From contig JBHGNT010000002.1 of the NCBI GenBank assembly GCA_043228905.1, positions 18,848,001 to 18,912,000 on the forward strand: a DNA stretch of 64,000 nt, in the 5' to 3' direction. The DNA comes from Azolla caroliniana (lineage: Eukaryota; Plantae; Polypodiophyta). The position numbers and the translations under genes are program-made. Below are positions 51,861 through 64,000 of this stretch, one piece after another (position 1 is the first letter of the stretch; every line of letters begins with the position of its first letter). The notes under the pieces are model-generated. The model saw only the letters and a program-made list of their open reading frames with translations. It did no database searches and had not been told where the DNA came from.

Positions 51861-54800
51861 AATGGTGATGACTAGGACAATGACGAGAAGGACACCCATA
51901 AAGAAGACATTGATGAAAGAGAAAGTGAAGACACCAGTGAAGGAAGGAAAAAGGACACCTATCAAAGAAAGCAAGAAGACACCCACAAGAGAAAGGGTGA
52001 TGAATTCATCAACAAAGAAAGAAGATGTACCACTCCATCATTCGAGACACACCTCTCAGATGGAGTTATTTCCTTTGAGCATGACCTGAAGTTTATCCTG
52101 AGTTGAGAGAGTGGTTGATAAAAACTTGGGGGTCAGCACATCCCGATACAAGGCGAGGATTCCACATAAGTGGATTGAAGAGGGAATATGTGAACTTATT
52201 GAAGACGAGATATGAACATGTTTATGATACAAATTAAATCTGTAACAATGAGGTGGGTACTGTTTTTGCACGTGCATTTGCATGTGAAGTTCAAGGTGGC
52301 ATCGACGTAGATTGGGAAGATTTTAGTCAGCATCGGTCAGAACATTATAAAGGGTCCTCTAGTACCAACACTGACTTGAAGTCATCGGGAACCTCTCATG
52401 TGGATATTCCAGCTTAACACTTGTCCACCAAGTTCAATCTGCAAAGGTACGGGCCACAATGACTGAAAAGCATGAACAGATGATGGCTAGTTGCATAGCT
52501 TCTATGAGCTCAAGAATACAAGCACTACTTGTTGATTTGGAAGCAGTTAAATCAGCTGAGATACAGGCAGAAAAGAAATTCTCTTCATTAAAGACTACAT
52601 ATGAATGGATTGCATCGACAATCCAAAACTCAGAAAGTGAGGTGTTGAAAGAGGAGTTGAAGAAAGAGCTAAACAATATGGGCACTCAATTAGGTTCATA
52701 GATGAGAGACCTTGATACTTACAGGAATGCACATTCCGAAATAGATAATAAATTGTCAGCTTTAAAGTTGCATTCTGAGAACCTTGCGTGCTTGATGTAG
52801 GATTTAAAACAAAAAGGTTTTGAAACTTTGTGTCCATCTGTAATTGAGCACCCAAGTGGTATGGAAAGTACCATTACTAGTATAGCTATATCACGGTATT
52901 GGCTTTAAAAGTTATTTATTTCTACTTCTGTGGTATAAATATCATGTTAGCTAATATATTATAACTTGTGTTTGCAATCTGCCAGGTGTATATTTTGTGG
53001 CCTCAGATTCAAGCTGGAGGCTATGAATGTTGTGATTACACTGTGCTTGCACACATATCATGTGCTATTTGCTAAGTATCATTTTGAGAAAGAGAATACA
53101 TGTATGGACTATAAAACTACAATTGTGGTTGAGTGGTACTATGCTTGGGGTTTAAAAGTACACCCGTACGGTATGTGGCTCTACTATTCTATTGTTTGTA
53201 TTATATGAGGTCAATTTACATTTGGATTAGAACTAGTGTACGCCACAATTCATACTTCAAATTTAGGAGAACAATGGATTAGTATTAGTGTATCTCTAAC
53301 AACTAATATGTGGAACCCTAATTATGTGGGTTTGTATTGGCAGTACTCTTAATATATAATTGGTATGTGTAGTTGAAGGGATATTTTCCAGAATTAGTAC
53401 TAAAAGGGAACCAGGTACAACATCGTCCAATCTATATTGCAACTTGCCTAGTACTAGTTTAGTAGACACTATACTTGTAGTACACTGTTGACTGTTAGTA
53501 TTGTTTGTGTAACTTGGGAATTAGTACTAGTTATGTAATTTGGAAATGAGGTGTGTCAAACACATATCATGTTTAGTACTAATACTGTTCAAGATTAATA
53601 CTGTTGGTGTAATTAGTACAAGTTATGTAATTAGGTGTGTAGAACACATATCACGTTTAGTATTACTTGTGTGCAAAATACCACGTTAGTACTAAAATCC
53701 AATCTACATTTGTTGGATTAGATGTTAGCCCAATCTATATTACAACATGCCTAGTACTAGTGTTAGTACACACTATACTTGTAGTACATTGTTGACGATT
53801 AGTACTTAGCGAGTAGTACATTGTTCATGATTAGTACTAGTTCTGTAAATTGGGAACTAAGTGAGTAGTACATTGCTCATGATTAGTGCTAGTTTTGTAA
53901 ATTGGGAACTAAGTGAGTAGTACATTGCTCATGATTAGTACTAGTTTTGTAATTTGGGAACTAAGTGAGTAGTACATTGTTCAGAATTAGTACTCCTTGT
54001 GTAATTTGGGAACTAAGTGAGTAGTGCATTGTGCATGATTAGTACTACTTGTGTAAATTGGGAACTAAGTGAGCAATACATTGTTCATTATTAGTACTAC
54101 TTCTGTTCATTATTAGTACTAGTTCAGTAATTTAGGAACTAAGTGAGTAGTATATTGTTCAGGATTAGTACATTGTTCATGATTAGTACTATTTGTGTAA
54201 TTTGGCAATTGAGTGGTACATTGTTCATGATTAGTACTCCTTGTGTAATTTGACTAAGTTAGTAGTACATTGTTCATGATTAGTACTACTTGTGTAATTG
54301 GGAACTAAGTGAGTAGTACATTGTTCACGATTAGTAGTAGTTATGTAATATGGGAACTAGGTGTAGCTTACTGAATTAGTAATGCAGCTCTTGTGACCTA
54401 CATTGTATATCACGGTACTAATGTTGAAGGTTTTTTGGTTTCTTGCAATGAATGTTGTAGTGTCAAGCAACTCCACGCCAGGGAAGGTAATGAAACAACC
54501 GGCCCCTGTGCCTAAACCCTCGATATCTGCTGAACATTCCAAGGTTCAGGGACCATCATTACCAATAACCCATGAGTTTTATGATGAAGATGAATGTATG
54601 AGAAGGGCCATTGGAGCAGTGGAACATATGCTTCTACAAACAAATTCCCCAAGCTCCGGTCAACATCAAAACAATCCAGGTAACACAAATTTTGCCAACA
54701 TATCTTAATTCTCATTTGAGAAAGGTGTTGAATGCCTAATTTCTTTAGAAATAGAGCCAACTAAGAAGAGGAATGCTGCAAGAATGTTGTATGGAAAGGG

Positions 54801-56139
54801 CAAGAAAGTCAAAGTTGAATGCAATGGTGATTCATATATGTTCTCACCTGTCCGAAGAGTTGTCAACCTAATGCATTGTCTAATACCATGGACTTGTGTT
54901 ACTAGCTAATGACGAAATGATCTTTGGTGAGGGAGATACGAGTCCAAAACCACTTGCAATGGGGTATCTACGGTTGTACAGTATGACGATGTAACAATAG
55001 GTAAAAATGTGGCTCTTAACCCTATGTTCATTGTTGTTGGTATGTTTGCAAACTTTTGAGTATGTGAGTTGATACTAATATTCTTTGGAATCCCATTATT
55101 TAGGTTTACAAGAGTAGTCTGATTCCCAATTGCAATCAAATGAATCGAGAACTATATGGAGCACAAGTGCAGAGTCAGATTCTGGGATTAACCTTTGCAC
55201 GGAGGCAGACTCTGGAAGCACATCTTCCACATATGAGGACTGTGAGAAAAACGAAGCATTCATATTTGAAGAGCAGTTGGCATGTAAAAACAACAATTTG
55301 TCTAAAGAAGCCCATGAGGAGTGTGGAAAGAATATGGCAAGTACTGAAGAGAAGACTGATTGTACTGAGAATGTATCTATAGTGTCTAAAGATTCCCATG
55401 AGTGTGGAAAGAACATTGCTAGTACTGAAGAGGAGCCTGATTGTACTGAGAATGTGCTAGTAGTGTCTAAAGAATCCCATGAGGATTGTGGAAAGAACAT
55501 CGTTACTAATGAAGGGGAGCCTACAAGCATCACCCATGAGGACCAGGCAATAAAGACCGCCCAAGAAGGGGAGCACGGTTGTCTTAAGAATGAGGTGACA
55601 GCCACCATACAAGAGGAGTTGACCATGACTATTGCCACAGTCCACATACAAGAGTCTAATTGTATTAAGAACAAGTGTATAGGCATCGGTGATGATGATA
55701 GGGCAATAAAGATCACCCAAGAAGGAGAGCACAGTGGTCGTAAGAATGAGGTGACTATCACCAACCAAGAGTTCGCCAGGAGTATTGCGGTAGCCCACAT
55801 ACAGGATCCTAATTGTATTGAGACTGAGAATACTAGCAACAACATGAGTACTAAAACAACCCACATTCAAGAGATGAGTGATAATTTTTCTATCAACAAT
55901 ACATTTGTGGATGTGTGTACAAGCATTGCAGTTGCAGAAAACACAGTTGCTCTCTCAAGCTTGCCACTAGTATAAGGTGCCCGTGCATCCACGCTTGTCT
56001 CTTATGCCTCTGATTATGAAGTGTCACTTAGTCAACTGATACCTAAAGGCTTTAAGATAAAGAAGAATGTAAAATCAGAAAAAACTGGCACCAACAACAA
56101 GCGCATTACAAGATCAGCCAAATTGCCCTCTAGTGCCTG
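51861..56139 (+). pseudogene. Second gene in the DNA transposon: basic N-terminus, coiled coil, degenerate RING-H2 exon (52986-53170), acidic repeat region
   Basis: ORFs 51841-52089, 52459-52701, 52966-53208, 54403-54708, 55130-55975 all plus strand; full exon structure unresolved. Confidence 0.55.
53790..54360. repeat. ~52-bp minisatellite in a probable intron of the passenger gene
   Basis: tgggaactaagtgagtagtacattg at 53851, 53903, 53955 and onward. Confidence 0.9.
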
Positions 56140-56900
56140 ATTGTCTTTCGATTGTACTTGAACTTTAGCTGAACAGTTAGTGATGTCTGAAATTGAACTA
56201 TTTGGTATACCAAAATACTGTCTCATTTATCTGAAATAGTTATACCAGTGTCTTTCGATTGTCTTTCGATTGTACTTGAACTTTGGCTGAACTGTTAGTG
56301 ATGTCTGAAATTGAACTATTTGATATACCAAAATCCAGTAGTTATACCAGTGTGAAATTCTATATTGCCAATTGCAAAGAATGAAAATGTATTCTATTGT
56401 TAACTCTGAAATGCTATGAAGATCAGATCACTCATCTAGTGTTGTAGTGTAATCTGAATTTCTATATTGCTAATTCTGAAATGATCTTTGGTGAGGGAGG
56501 TACGAATTTATCACACTCCCAGGTACACTCCCATGCAACCATGATTGTGTTGATTACAAATAAAATTCTATATTGTTAACTGAGATGTTATATACAGTTT
56601 GTTATACCAGATGAAGATTTAGAAGACTGGTATATATTGTCATGCAACCGAACTTTACATCAGATGTATGTATCCGTCTAACTGAGATACTTTGGGAGAC
56701 TACTATGTATTACTTAATACTTGCAATTGACATTGGGAGACTGCTATGTATTACTTAATGCTTGCAATTGACATTAGTACTAAACTAATATGTATATTGA
56801 TACTTGCGTTAGTACTAATATGTATATTGATACTTGCTAAGTATGGTCTCCTTGAGTGCACACAATAGAGACTTGATAGTTGAATAAGTTTGGGCCATAT

Positions 56901-57103
56901 TTAGGCTACTAAGTATTCAAGACTTCACACCTTAAACCATAGAAACAAGCTTTAGGCTACTAAGTATTCAAGACTTCACACCTTAAACCATAGAAACAAG
57001 CTTTAGGCTACTAAGTATTCAAGAATTCACACCTTAAACCATAGAAACAAGCTTTAGGCTACTAAGTATTCAAGACTTCACACCTTAAACCATAGAAACA
57101 AGC
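56901..57103. repeat. 51-bp x4 tandem repeat between the convergent gene ends
   Basis: ttaggctactaagtattcaag at 56901, 56952, 57003, 57054. Confidence 0.95.
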
Positions 57104-57387
57104 AACTCTATAATTACCATAAACACTGACAATACAAAAGTATTGAAGACTTCACACCTTAAACCATGGAAACAAGCAACTCTATAATTACCATAAACAC
57201 TTACAATACAAGCTCAATAAATAGTCTCAATACATCAAATATATCGATTCATAATACATAATAGAAGAAAGACGAAATATATCGATTCATTTGTCAATCA
57301 TCAAAATTAATATATCAATACATCAAATAGTGAACTACAAGTGGATGTTTTTCAGTTTTCTGGTACAATGTATTGATAGGGTGACTT

Positions 57388-60300
57388 TCAAGCATTAAAT
57401 AGAGAGACCTCCCCTAATATGTGCTCATGAACCTCTTGGAGGACCTTGTAGACAGTGTTGTATCCTTTAACCTTGTGCTTTGCTTGAGTCATATTGAATT
57501 TGATCGCAAGAATGGCATCAACGAAGATTATTGCGATCGGTGTTTCTTTTAGTAATGCATGTGTTCTTGCACTGTGGCAACTTTGCATAATAGTTTCCAT
57601 ACACGACAAACTCACCAAGGTTGAAATTGTTGCCCCAGCCATCCCTCACCACTTCTTTCAATAATGTCTTGCCTTGCTTGCACACCACAATGTAGTAGTC
57701 TTCTAAATCTTCATTCTGAGGAGATTTGAGCACCGCAAAATGATCTCCAACTTCCAATAAAACTGTCAAGTCTTGATGTTGGTTGTAGTATACAATATCG
57801 TTTGAATGCGCATCCTCTTCAATATCATCTTGTTGTTCAGGCTCAAGCTTTTGCAGCTTCCAGGTCTCGACAATTGATAGGTCGATGCATTTATCCCAAG
57901 CTTCATCTATACACATGGAACAAAAGCATGATAAAGTACGGAGTAACAATTGTGTTTTGTCCTTGCGACTAAACCCTAATACACAATGGACGCTCCGTGT
58001 GCCTTTCACAGTTTTACAACCATATGATTTAGTTCTATAAACCTCATCAACGCGAACTTCAACAAACAATCTGTTCTTACCATCATTTGACATCTTCCAT
58101 GTTAGCCACTACACAACATCATGTGCATTTTGTAACTTGGCACCATTATTATCCAACTGCTCACTTGTAAGGGCACGTTTGATCACAACCCCCGCGCCAT
58201 CATGCTCTCCTTTTCCATGTCCAGACCCGAAGTAGTTCCATTGCATACGAATGTTGAATAAGGAGAAATACCTGCTTTTGTATCTCAGGTTTCCAACAAA
58301 ATTAGTACTATGTTGTCAATCGAGAGTACTACACATCCATTAATACTGATTTAGTACAAATACAAAACAAAGCATAGCACATCGTATCCATTGAGAACAC
58401 TCTACACTTATTAAAAGATAAATAGTACTATGTTGTCAACCATGTGAACTTGGCATCCATTAATACTAATTTAGTATGGATACAACACAAAGCATAGTAC
58501 AATGAATTCATGGAAAGCACTCTACATGAATTAACAGATAAATAGTACAAACTCTTCAATATCGGATAATACTATGTTGCTGATGACGAGTACTTTACAT
58601 TCATTAATACTGATTTAGTATAGATACAATACACAATACAGTACAATGTGTCCACGGAGAACACAACCCTCCTTAGAAGATAATTAGTACTACAACACAT
58701 GTACTTTACATCCCCCAATAAACACTGATTTAGTATAGATACAACACATAGTACAATACAGTGTGTTCATGGAGAACACCCAGCATGGATTAATAGATAA
58801 TTAGTATGAACTCTTCAATATAAGACAGTACTATGAGTACAAGACATGTACTCTACATCTTCCAATAATTACTGATTTAGTATAGATACAACACCAAGTA
58901 CAATACAGTGTGTTCATGGAGAACACTCAACATTGATTAAGAGATAATTAGTACAAACTCTTCAATCTGGGACAATACTATGAGTAAAAGACATTTACTT
59001 TACATCCTTCGATAATTACTGATTTAGTACAGATACAACACAGTACAATACAATGTCCATGGAAAACCCTCAACAAGGATTAAAAGATAATTAGTACAAT
59101 TCTCTTAAGGACGGACAATACTATGAGTACAAGATGAGTAAATATTGATTTAGTACAAATACAACACATAACATAGTACAATGTGTCTATGGAGAACACT
59201 TCACATGGATTAAAAGATGATTAGTACAATTCTCTTAAGGACGGACAATACTATGAGTACAAGACGAGTACTTTACATCCTTCAGTAAATAATGATTTAG
59301 TACAGATACAACATATAACATAGTACAATGTGTCTATGGAGAACATTTCACATGGATTAAAAGATAATTAATACAATTCTCTTAAGGACGAACAATACTA
59401 TGAGTACAAGACGAGTACTTTACATCCTTCAGTAAATATTGATTTAGTACAGATACAACATACAACATAGTACAATGTGTCTATGGAGAACATTTCACAT
59501 GGATTAAAAGATAATTAATACAATTCTCTTAAGGACGAACAATACTATGAGTACAAGACGAGTACTTTACATCCTTCTGTAAATACTGATTTAGTACAGA
59601 TACAACACACAACATAGTACAATGTGTCTATGGAGAACACTTCACATGGATTAAAGATAATTAATACAATTCTCTTAAGGACAGACAATACTATGAGTAC
59701 AAGACGAGTACTTTACATCCTTCTATAAATACTGATTTAGTACAGATACAACACACAACATAGTGCGGTGTGTCTATGGAGAACACTTCACATGGATTAA
59801 AGATAATTAGTGCAATTCTCTTAAGGACGGACAATACTATAGAGTACAATACGAGTACTTATTCTGATTTAGTAAAGATACAACACACAACATAGTACAC
59901 TTTGTCTATGGAGAACACTTCATATGGATTAAAAGATAATAAACACAAATTCATGTGACAGGATAGTATTATTTGATCAATCAAGAACAGTTAACTTAGT
60001 TACAAACAAAATTAGTATGCATGCATCCATGTGAATAATGTTGTGTTCGAATAGTTACAAGCATAATTAGTATGCATCCATGTGAATAGTACTGTGTGTG
60101 AATAGTTATAAACATAATTAGTATGCATGCACTAACACAAGAATTACTTCCTTACACATTTCATGATAAGTACTAAACATATGGATTAAAAATTACATGG
60201 TGATAAAGTAGAACGATCATGCCGCCTTAAACTACGAGGCAACACCATCAGACCAAACCCAATGACGGTTAAAGGTTAACCCTAGAGACAATAAATCTGC

Positions 60301-61874
60301 ATGGTGAAGCTTAAAACAATGTTGAACAAATAGTGTATCATGCTTTTTATCATCTGAAATGTAAAATATTGATTTCTGATGTAACTCATCGTCTTGCCTC
60401 CAATAGCAAATATGTACAAGTATTGTACATTAATCATTGTACCAATGCATTGATTGAACCTCATTTTGAACTTTAAATGTATAGTTTTCTGCAAAGTCAA
60501 TAATGGATACGATGACACCCGTTGGTAAGTTATTAATACATTCCTTGAACTGTGAATTTTGCTAATAACTCCGGAAGTTATGTGGAATGAACTCCCCAAG
60601 TTGTTTCTTAAATTCTGAGACAAGGGTAGCAGCACATGTCTCCTTATATACTTCCTTGATACGCTTAGTTACAAGTCCCTTGCGAATATTTTCAGTCACA
60701 TACTCTAAATATTTCCATTTCACGATATGATTGTTTCCCAAATCAAGCTCCTGCCTATAAAATAATGGTAACGAACAAACCTTACATGTTCTTAATAGAC
60801 ATGTACGACGATGCCACTCACATGATGGTTCTTTTTCACAAACACAAGACCTCCATAGCTCAGAAACGGATGCATAAGTCATGTTTCGTGCATTACACCT
60901 ATTATCCTCCTCGTTTGGTCTACAAACCTCACAAGTGCAGACACATAATTCCCCGTGTATACCCTTAGAATCAGTACGCATTGCATTCACTCCTAGCCTT
61001 AATATGTCCATCTTCATGTGGTACACACAACAACATGTATTCCTCTCATTTAATTTTCTAACATAAAATGGTTTCAAACCTTGAAACTTGCGGAATCCAA
61101 TAGTCACGCTTGGATGTTGGTCTTTAAAGTTCATGTACAATTCAGCCTACATCAACCAATATATATAGCAAACATTAATATACACTTGGTCAAAACACAA
61201 ATTTATGGATTGTGAATTGATATAAAAAAATGGAATACCTCTATCATCTCCAAGAAGTGTCTAGGGTAAATCTGGTACTTACCCTGACTTATTCGTTGTC
61301 TACACACGTCCTTCTTATTTGGTGAGACACGCGTATTTTTGGCCCAAAATGAATCCACTTTCTCAATAATCTCTTGAGATAAGGCATCGCATCATCGTCT
61401 ATGTCCCAACCCCAACCATTTGAATTGGCTTGAGTGTATATTTCGGCGCTGCTTCCTCAAGTTCCTTCTTTGAATACCCAAGGCTAAGGAAACTTTAGTA
61501 TCACTATATTTTTTTTCTCTCGCACCGTTCACAACCATGTGTAGGGCTGCCCTCTTTGCAGCAAGTTTGTCTATGCTCTCTACACCTTTCACTAAGTCTA
61601 GGGATGACTTCATATACTCTACAATCACTTCTGAAACACATTGGCCCCTAAATTTTATTCTCTCCATGTCTTCGTTCAAATGTTGATGGTGAAACACTGT
61701 ACATATAATATCCCTACGATCCTCTTCACTAAATCTCTTCGTTATTTCTACCTTATAACGGACTATGTGAAGAACCACTCGTCCCTTGGTCCTTTCAGAT
61801 ATACCTGAGTTACTTGACAACTCACTCTCGTTGGGGACCCCCATTTGGTCACTAGATTTATCCAAAAAAATCAA
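57388..61874 (-). pseudogene. Multi-exon DDD transposase (Sola2-like) with premature stops
   Basis: NTCCCVYH, Cys-rich region, DFAENY (D 60496-60498), ISDDKKHD..FV, WSDG (D 60247-60249), WNYFGSGHGKGEHDG (D 58199-58201), RTLSCFCSMC; GT-AG intron 60196-58272. Confidence 0.85.
58300..59945. repeat. ~147-bp tandem array (~11 units) in the transposase intron
   Basis: tctcttaagg at 59231, 59378, 59525, 59671, 59817; more diverged units to the left. Confidence 0.9.
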
Positions 61875-62077
61875 GTGTCCGGCGAGAGTAGTTAGTGTTA
61901 TATAGACTACACTAAGAAAACACAGTCAAATGTTTTTAAATGTGGCCTGCAAAGTGAGAAATAATTCGTTTCGAACATTAGAATTACTGATTAAATATGA
62001 CAATTGTAAAATCTAAAAATTTAGTACTGAAAAATGAAGAAATGAAAAAATTTAGTCCCGAAAATAAAAAAATGGAG

Positions 62078-62393
62078 GGAAGGAACCTCCAATGGTGGCG
62101 GGAGCGTTGATTCTGTGTGATATGCCGCCTCGATATGCTGGAAGGAACCTCAAATGGTGGAGGGAGCATTGAATTTGTGTGATATGCCGCCTTGATTTGG
62201 TGGAAGGAACCTCCAATGGTGGAGGGAGCATTGAATCTATGTGATATGCCGCCTTGATTTAGTGGAAGGAACCTCCAATGGTGGAGGGCACCTTGAATCT
62301 TTTTGATATGCCGCCTTGATTTAGTGGAAGGAACCTCCAATGGTGGAGGGCGCCTTGAATCTTTGTGATATGCCGCCTAGATTCGGTGGAAGG
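62078..62393. repeat. 62-bp x5 tandem repeat upstream of the transposase
   Basis: ggaaggaacctc at 62078, 62140, 62202, 62264, 62326. Confidence 0.95.
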
Positions 62394-64000
62394 ATCCTTG
62401 CCTCGATGGAAAAAGCCCCAAATCACCACGACATAAACTGCAATCGGTGGAAGTAAGAAAGTCGTTGTCGAAGAAGTCACTATTGGCTGTTATAAGAGGC
62501 CTCAGAATAGTCTTTGTTCCTGAACCTAAACCCTAACAAAAACAGAAACCCTAAAAAAACCAGAAATCCTCAACTCAAAAGCTCCAACCTGACATGGATG
62601 TCTGAGATTTGCTCCCTAAACCCTAACAAAACTCTTAGATTGGAGGAAAAGCAAAAACGTGACATGGATGTTTGAGATGAACAGCTCAGAGGGATAGAGG
62701 AAGAGGAGTATGAGGGGAACTGCCAAAAATGACGTGAGGGGAAAATAGCCCCCAAAATGGAAAGAACAGCTCCTCACATGTTCCCCTCGCTCCTTGTAGT
62801 AAATGACACTTGTACTACAGTCACCCCACTCTCCAAAATCGATTTTTTTTTTCTTTGATTTTTTTTTCTAAATTATTCAGTACTAACAGTATCGAAAGTA
62901 CTGACAATTTTTGTGGCCAAAAACAGTACTTTTCTGGTACACCGTAGCGTGCTTCCACCCCTCTTGCACAAGCGGATCGTCCACGTCAATTACTGGCGGC
63001 TTCAAGACTTGCAAACGAAACAAGTTGTTTTCGGTTTACCAAAGTTTAGTGGCCGAAAGGCCCGTGTATGTGAAGCCTGCCAACTCGGGAAGCAACACCG
63101 GCTTCCATTCCCCACCGAACGAAACTGGAGTTATAACAAGCTCGACCTTATCCATTCAGATGTTTGGGGACCGGCACAGAATGTTAGTCTTGGCGGGAGT
63201 CGATATTTCGTCTCCTTCATTGACGACTATAGCCGGCACACATGGATCTACCTCATTGAGCGGAAGAGCGAAGTTTTCGATTGTTTCCGGAACCTCCAAA
63301 GCATGGTGGAATGGGGATCGGAGAGAAAGATCAAATGTCTGCGGTCGGATGGCGGAAAAGAGTACTTTTTTGGCCAATTCAATAGTTATCTGCAGCAAAA
63401 GGGAATTTGGCGAGAGTTCAGCTGCAAATACACACCGGAACAGAACGACGTGGCTGAAAGGAAGAACCGTCGCTTGTCGACGCGGCAAGGGCAATGCTGG
63501 AAGAGAAGAGCATGCCCCATTTCTACTGGGCAGAGACGATCTGGACGGTCGTCTACATCCAAAACTGGATCGGTGACAAGGTGTCCGCGCATGAGCTATA
63601 TTTCGGGCACAAGCCGAATTTGCGACACCTTCGGGTATTTGGTAGCGTTGCATATGGGCATGTGCCAAATGGGAAGCGGAGGAAATTGGATGCAAAGTTG
63701 GAGAAATGCATCCTGGTCGGTTACTCGCATGAGCAAAAGGGGTATAAGTGTTATAACCCCCGGACGAAGCAAGTCCAAGTTAGCCGGGATGTTGAGTTTG
63801 ATGAGATGGCATCATGGTAAGCCTTATTGGCTCCGACTTCCGACCCCGACCCGATACCGGAGGATGAGGCTAGTGAAGTTGAACCAGCCCAGATAAAAGA
63901 TGATGAATTTGGGACTCAAGAAGAGAGTCCGGAATCATTTCGGTTGAGTGGGTCGAACGAGAGACTGGGTCAATCCGACCAGTCAGATGAGGAACCGGCT

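Larger units (their letters stand above)
45256..62960 (-). mobile_element. TIR DNA transposon, Sola2-like (17.7 kb, ~12.4 kb without the nested copia)
   Basis: 26-bp TIRs gggtcgaagcatgctacggtgtacca / tggtacaccgtagcgtgcttccaccc (2 mismatches); probable 4-bp TSD CTTT/CTCT; DDD transposase; superfamily call from motif recall. Confidence 0.8.
43283..64000 (+). mobile_element. Element E: copia, 5' LTR 43283-43732, PBS-Met 43733-43744, gag-PR 43848-45255, integrase 62961-64000; split by the DNA transposon
   Basis: TG..CA TGGTATCAGAGC; WYIDSGTS; SDIDL|.HKRI motif rejoins across the insertion; HSDVWGP, CLRSDGG. Confidence 0.92.

Noticed and set aside
45256-62960. CACTA, hAT or Mutator assignment for the TIR element
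   Set aside because: Termini are GGG..CCC, no 3-, 8- or 9-bp TSD is visible, and the catalytic motifs differ

Overview
Plant nuclear DNA, probably a non-seed land plant such as a fern, lycophyte or bryophyte (inferred from the TE types). It holds one intact host gene, a 3-exon AVT1-like amino-acid transporter (7474-9321, minus strand), with a foldback element just upstream. The rest is a deeply nested transposon cluster. A Met-primed Ty3/gypsy (A) is split by a 26.6-kb Ty3/gypsy (B, TSD GCTGG). B contains a tRNA-Trp-primed gypsy (C), which carries a palindromic non-autonomous element (D) in one LTR. B also contains a rearranged copia (H) and a non-autonomous LTR element (G). To the right, a copia (E) is split by a 17.7-kb TIR DNA transposon with a Sola2-like DDD transposase, a convergent RING-type passenger gene, internal tandem arrays and a young nested copia (F). 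The most unusual signal is in B and G, whose LTRs are unrelated: neither has a polypurine tract next to either LTR. Both instead carry tRNA-Arg-complementary sites facing inward at both LTRs, and the 3' site sits in a shared stem-loop, which suggests non-canonical second-strand priming. All calls were made by eye; no searches were run.
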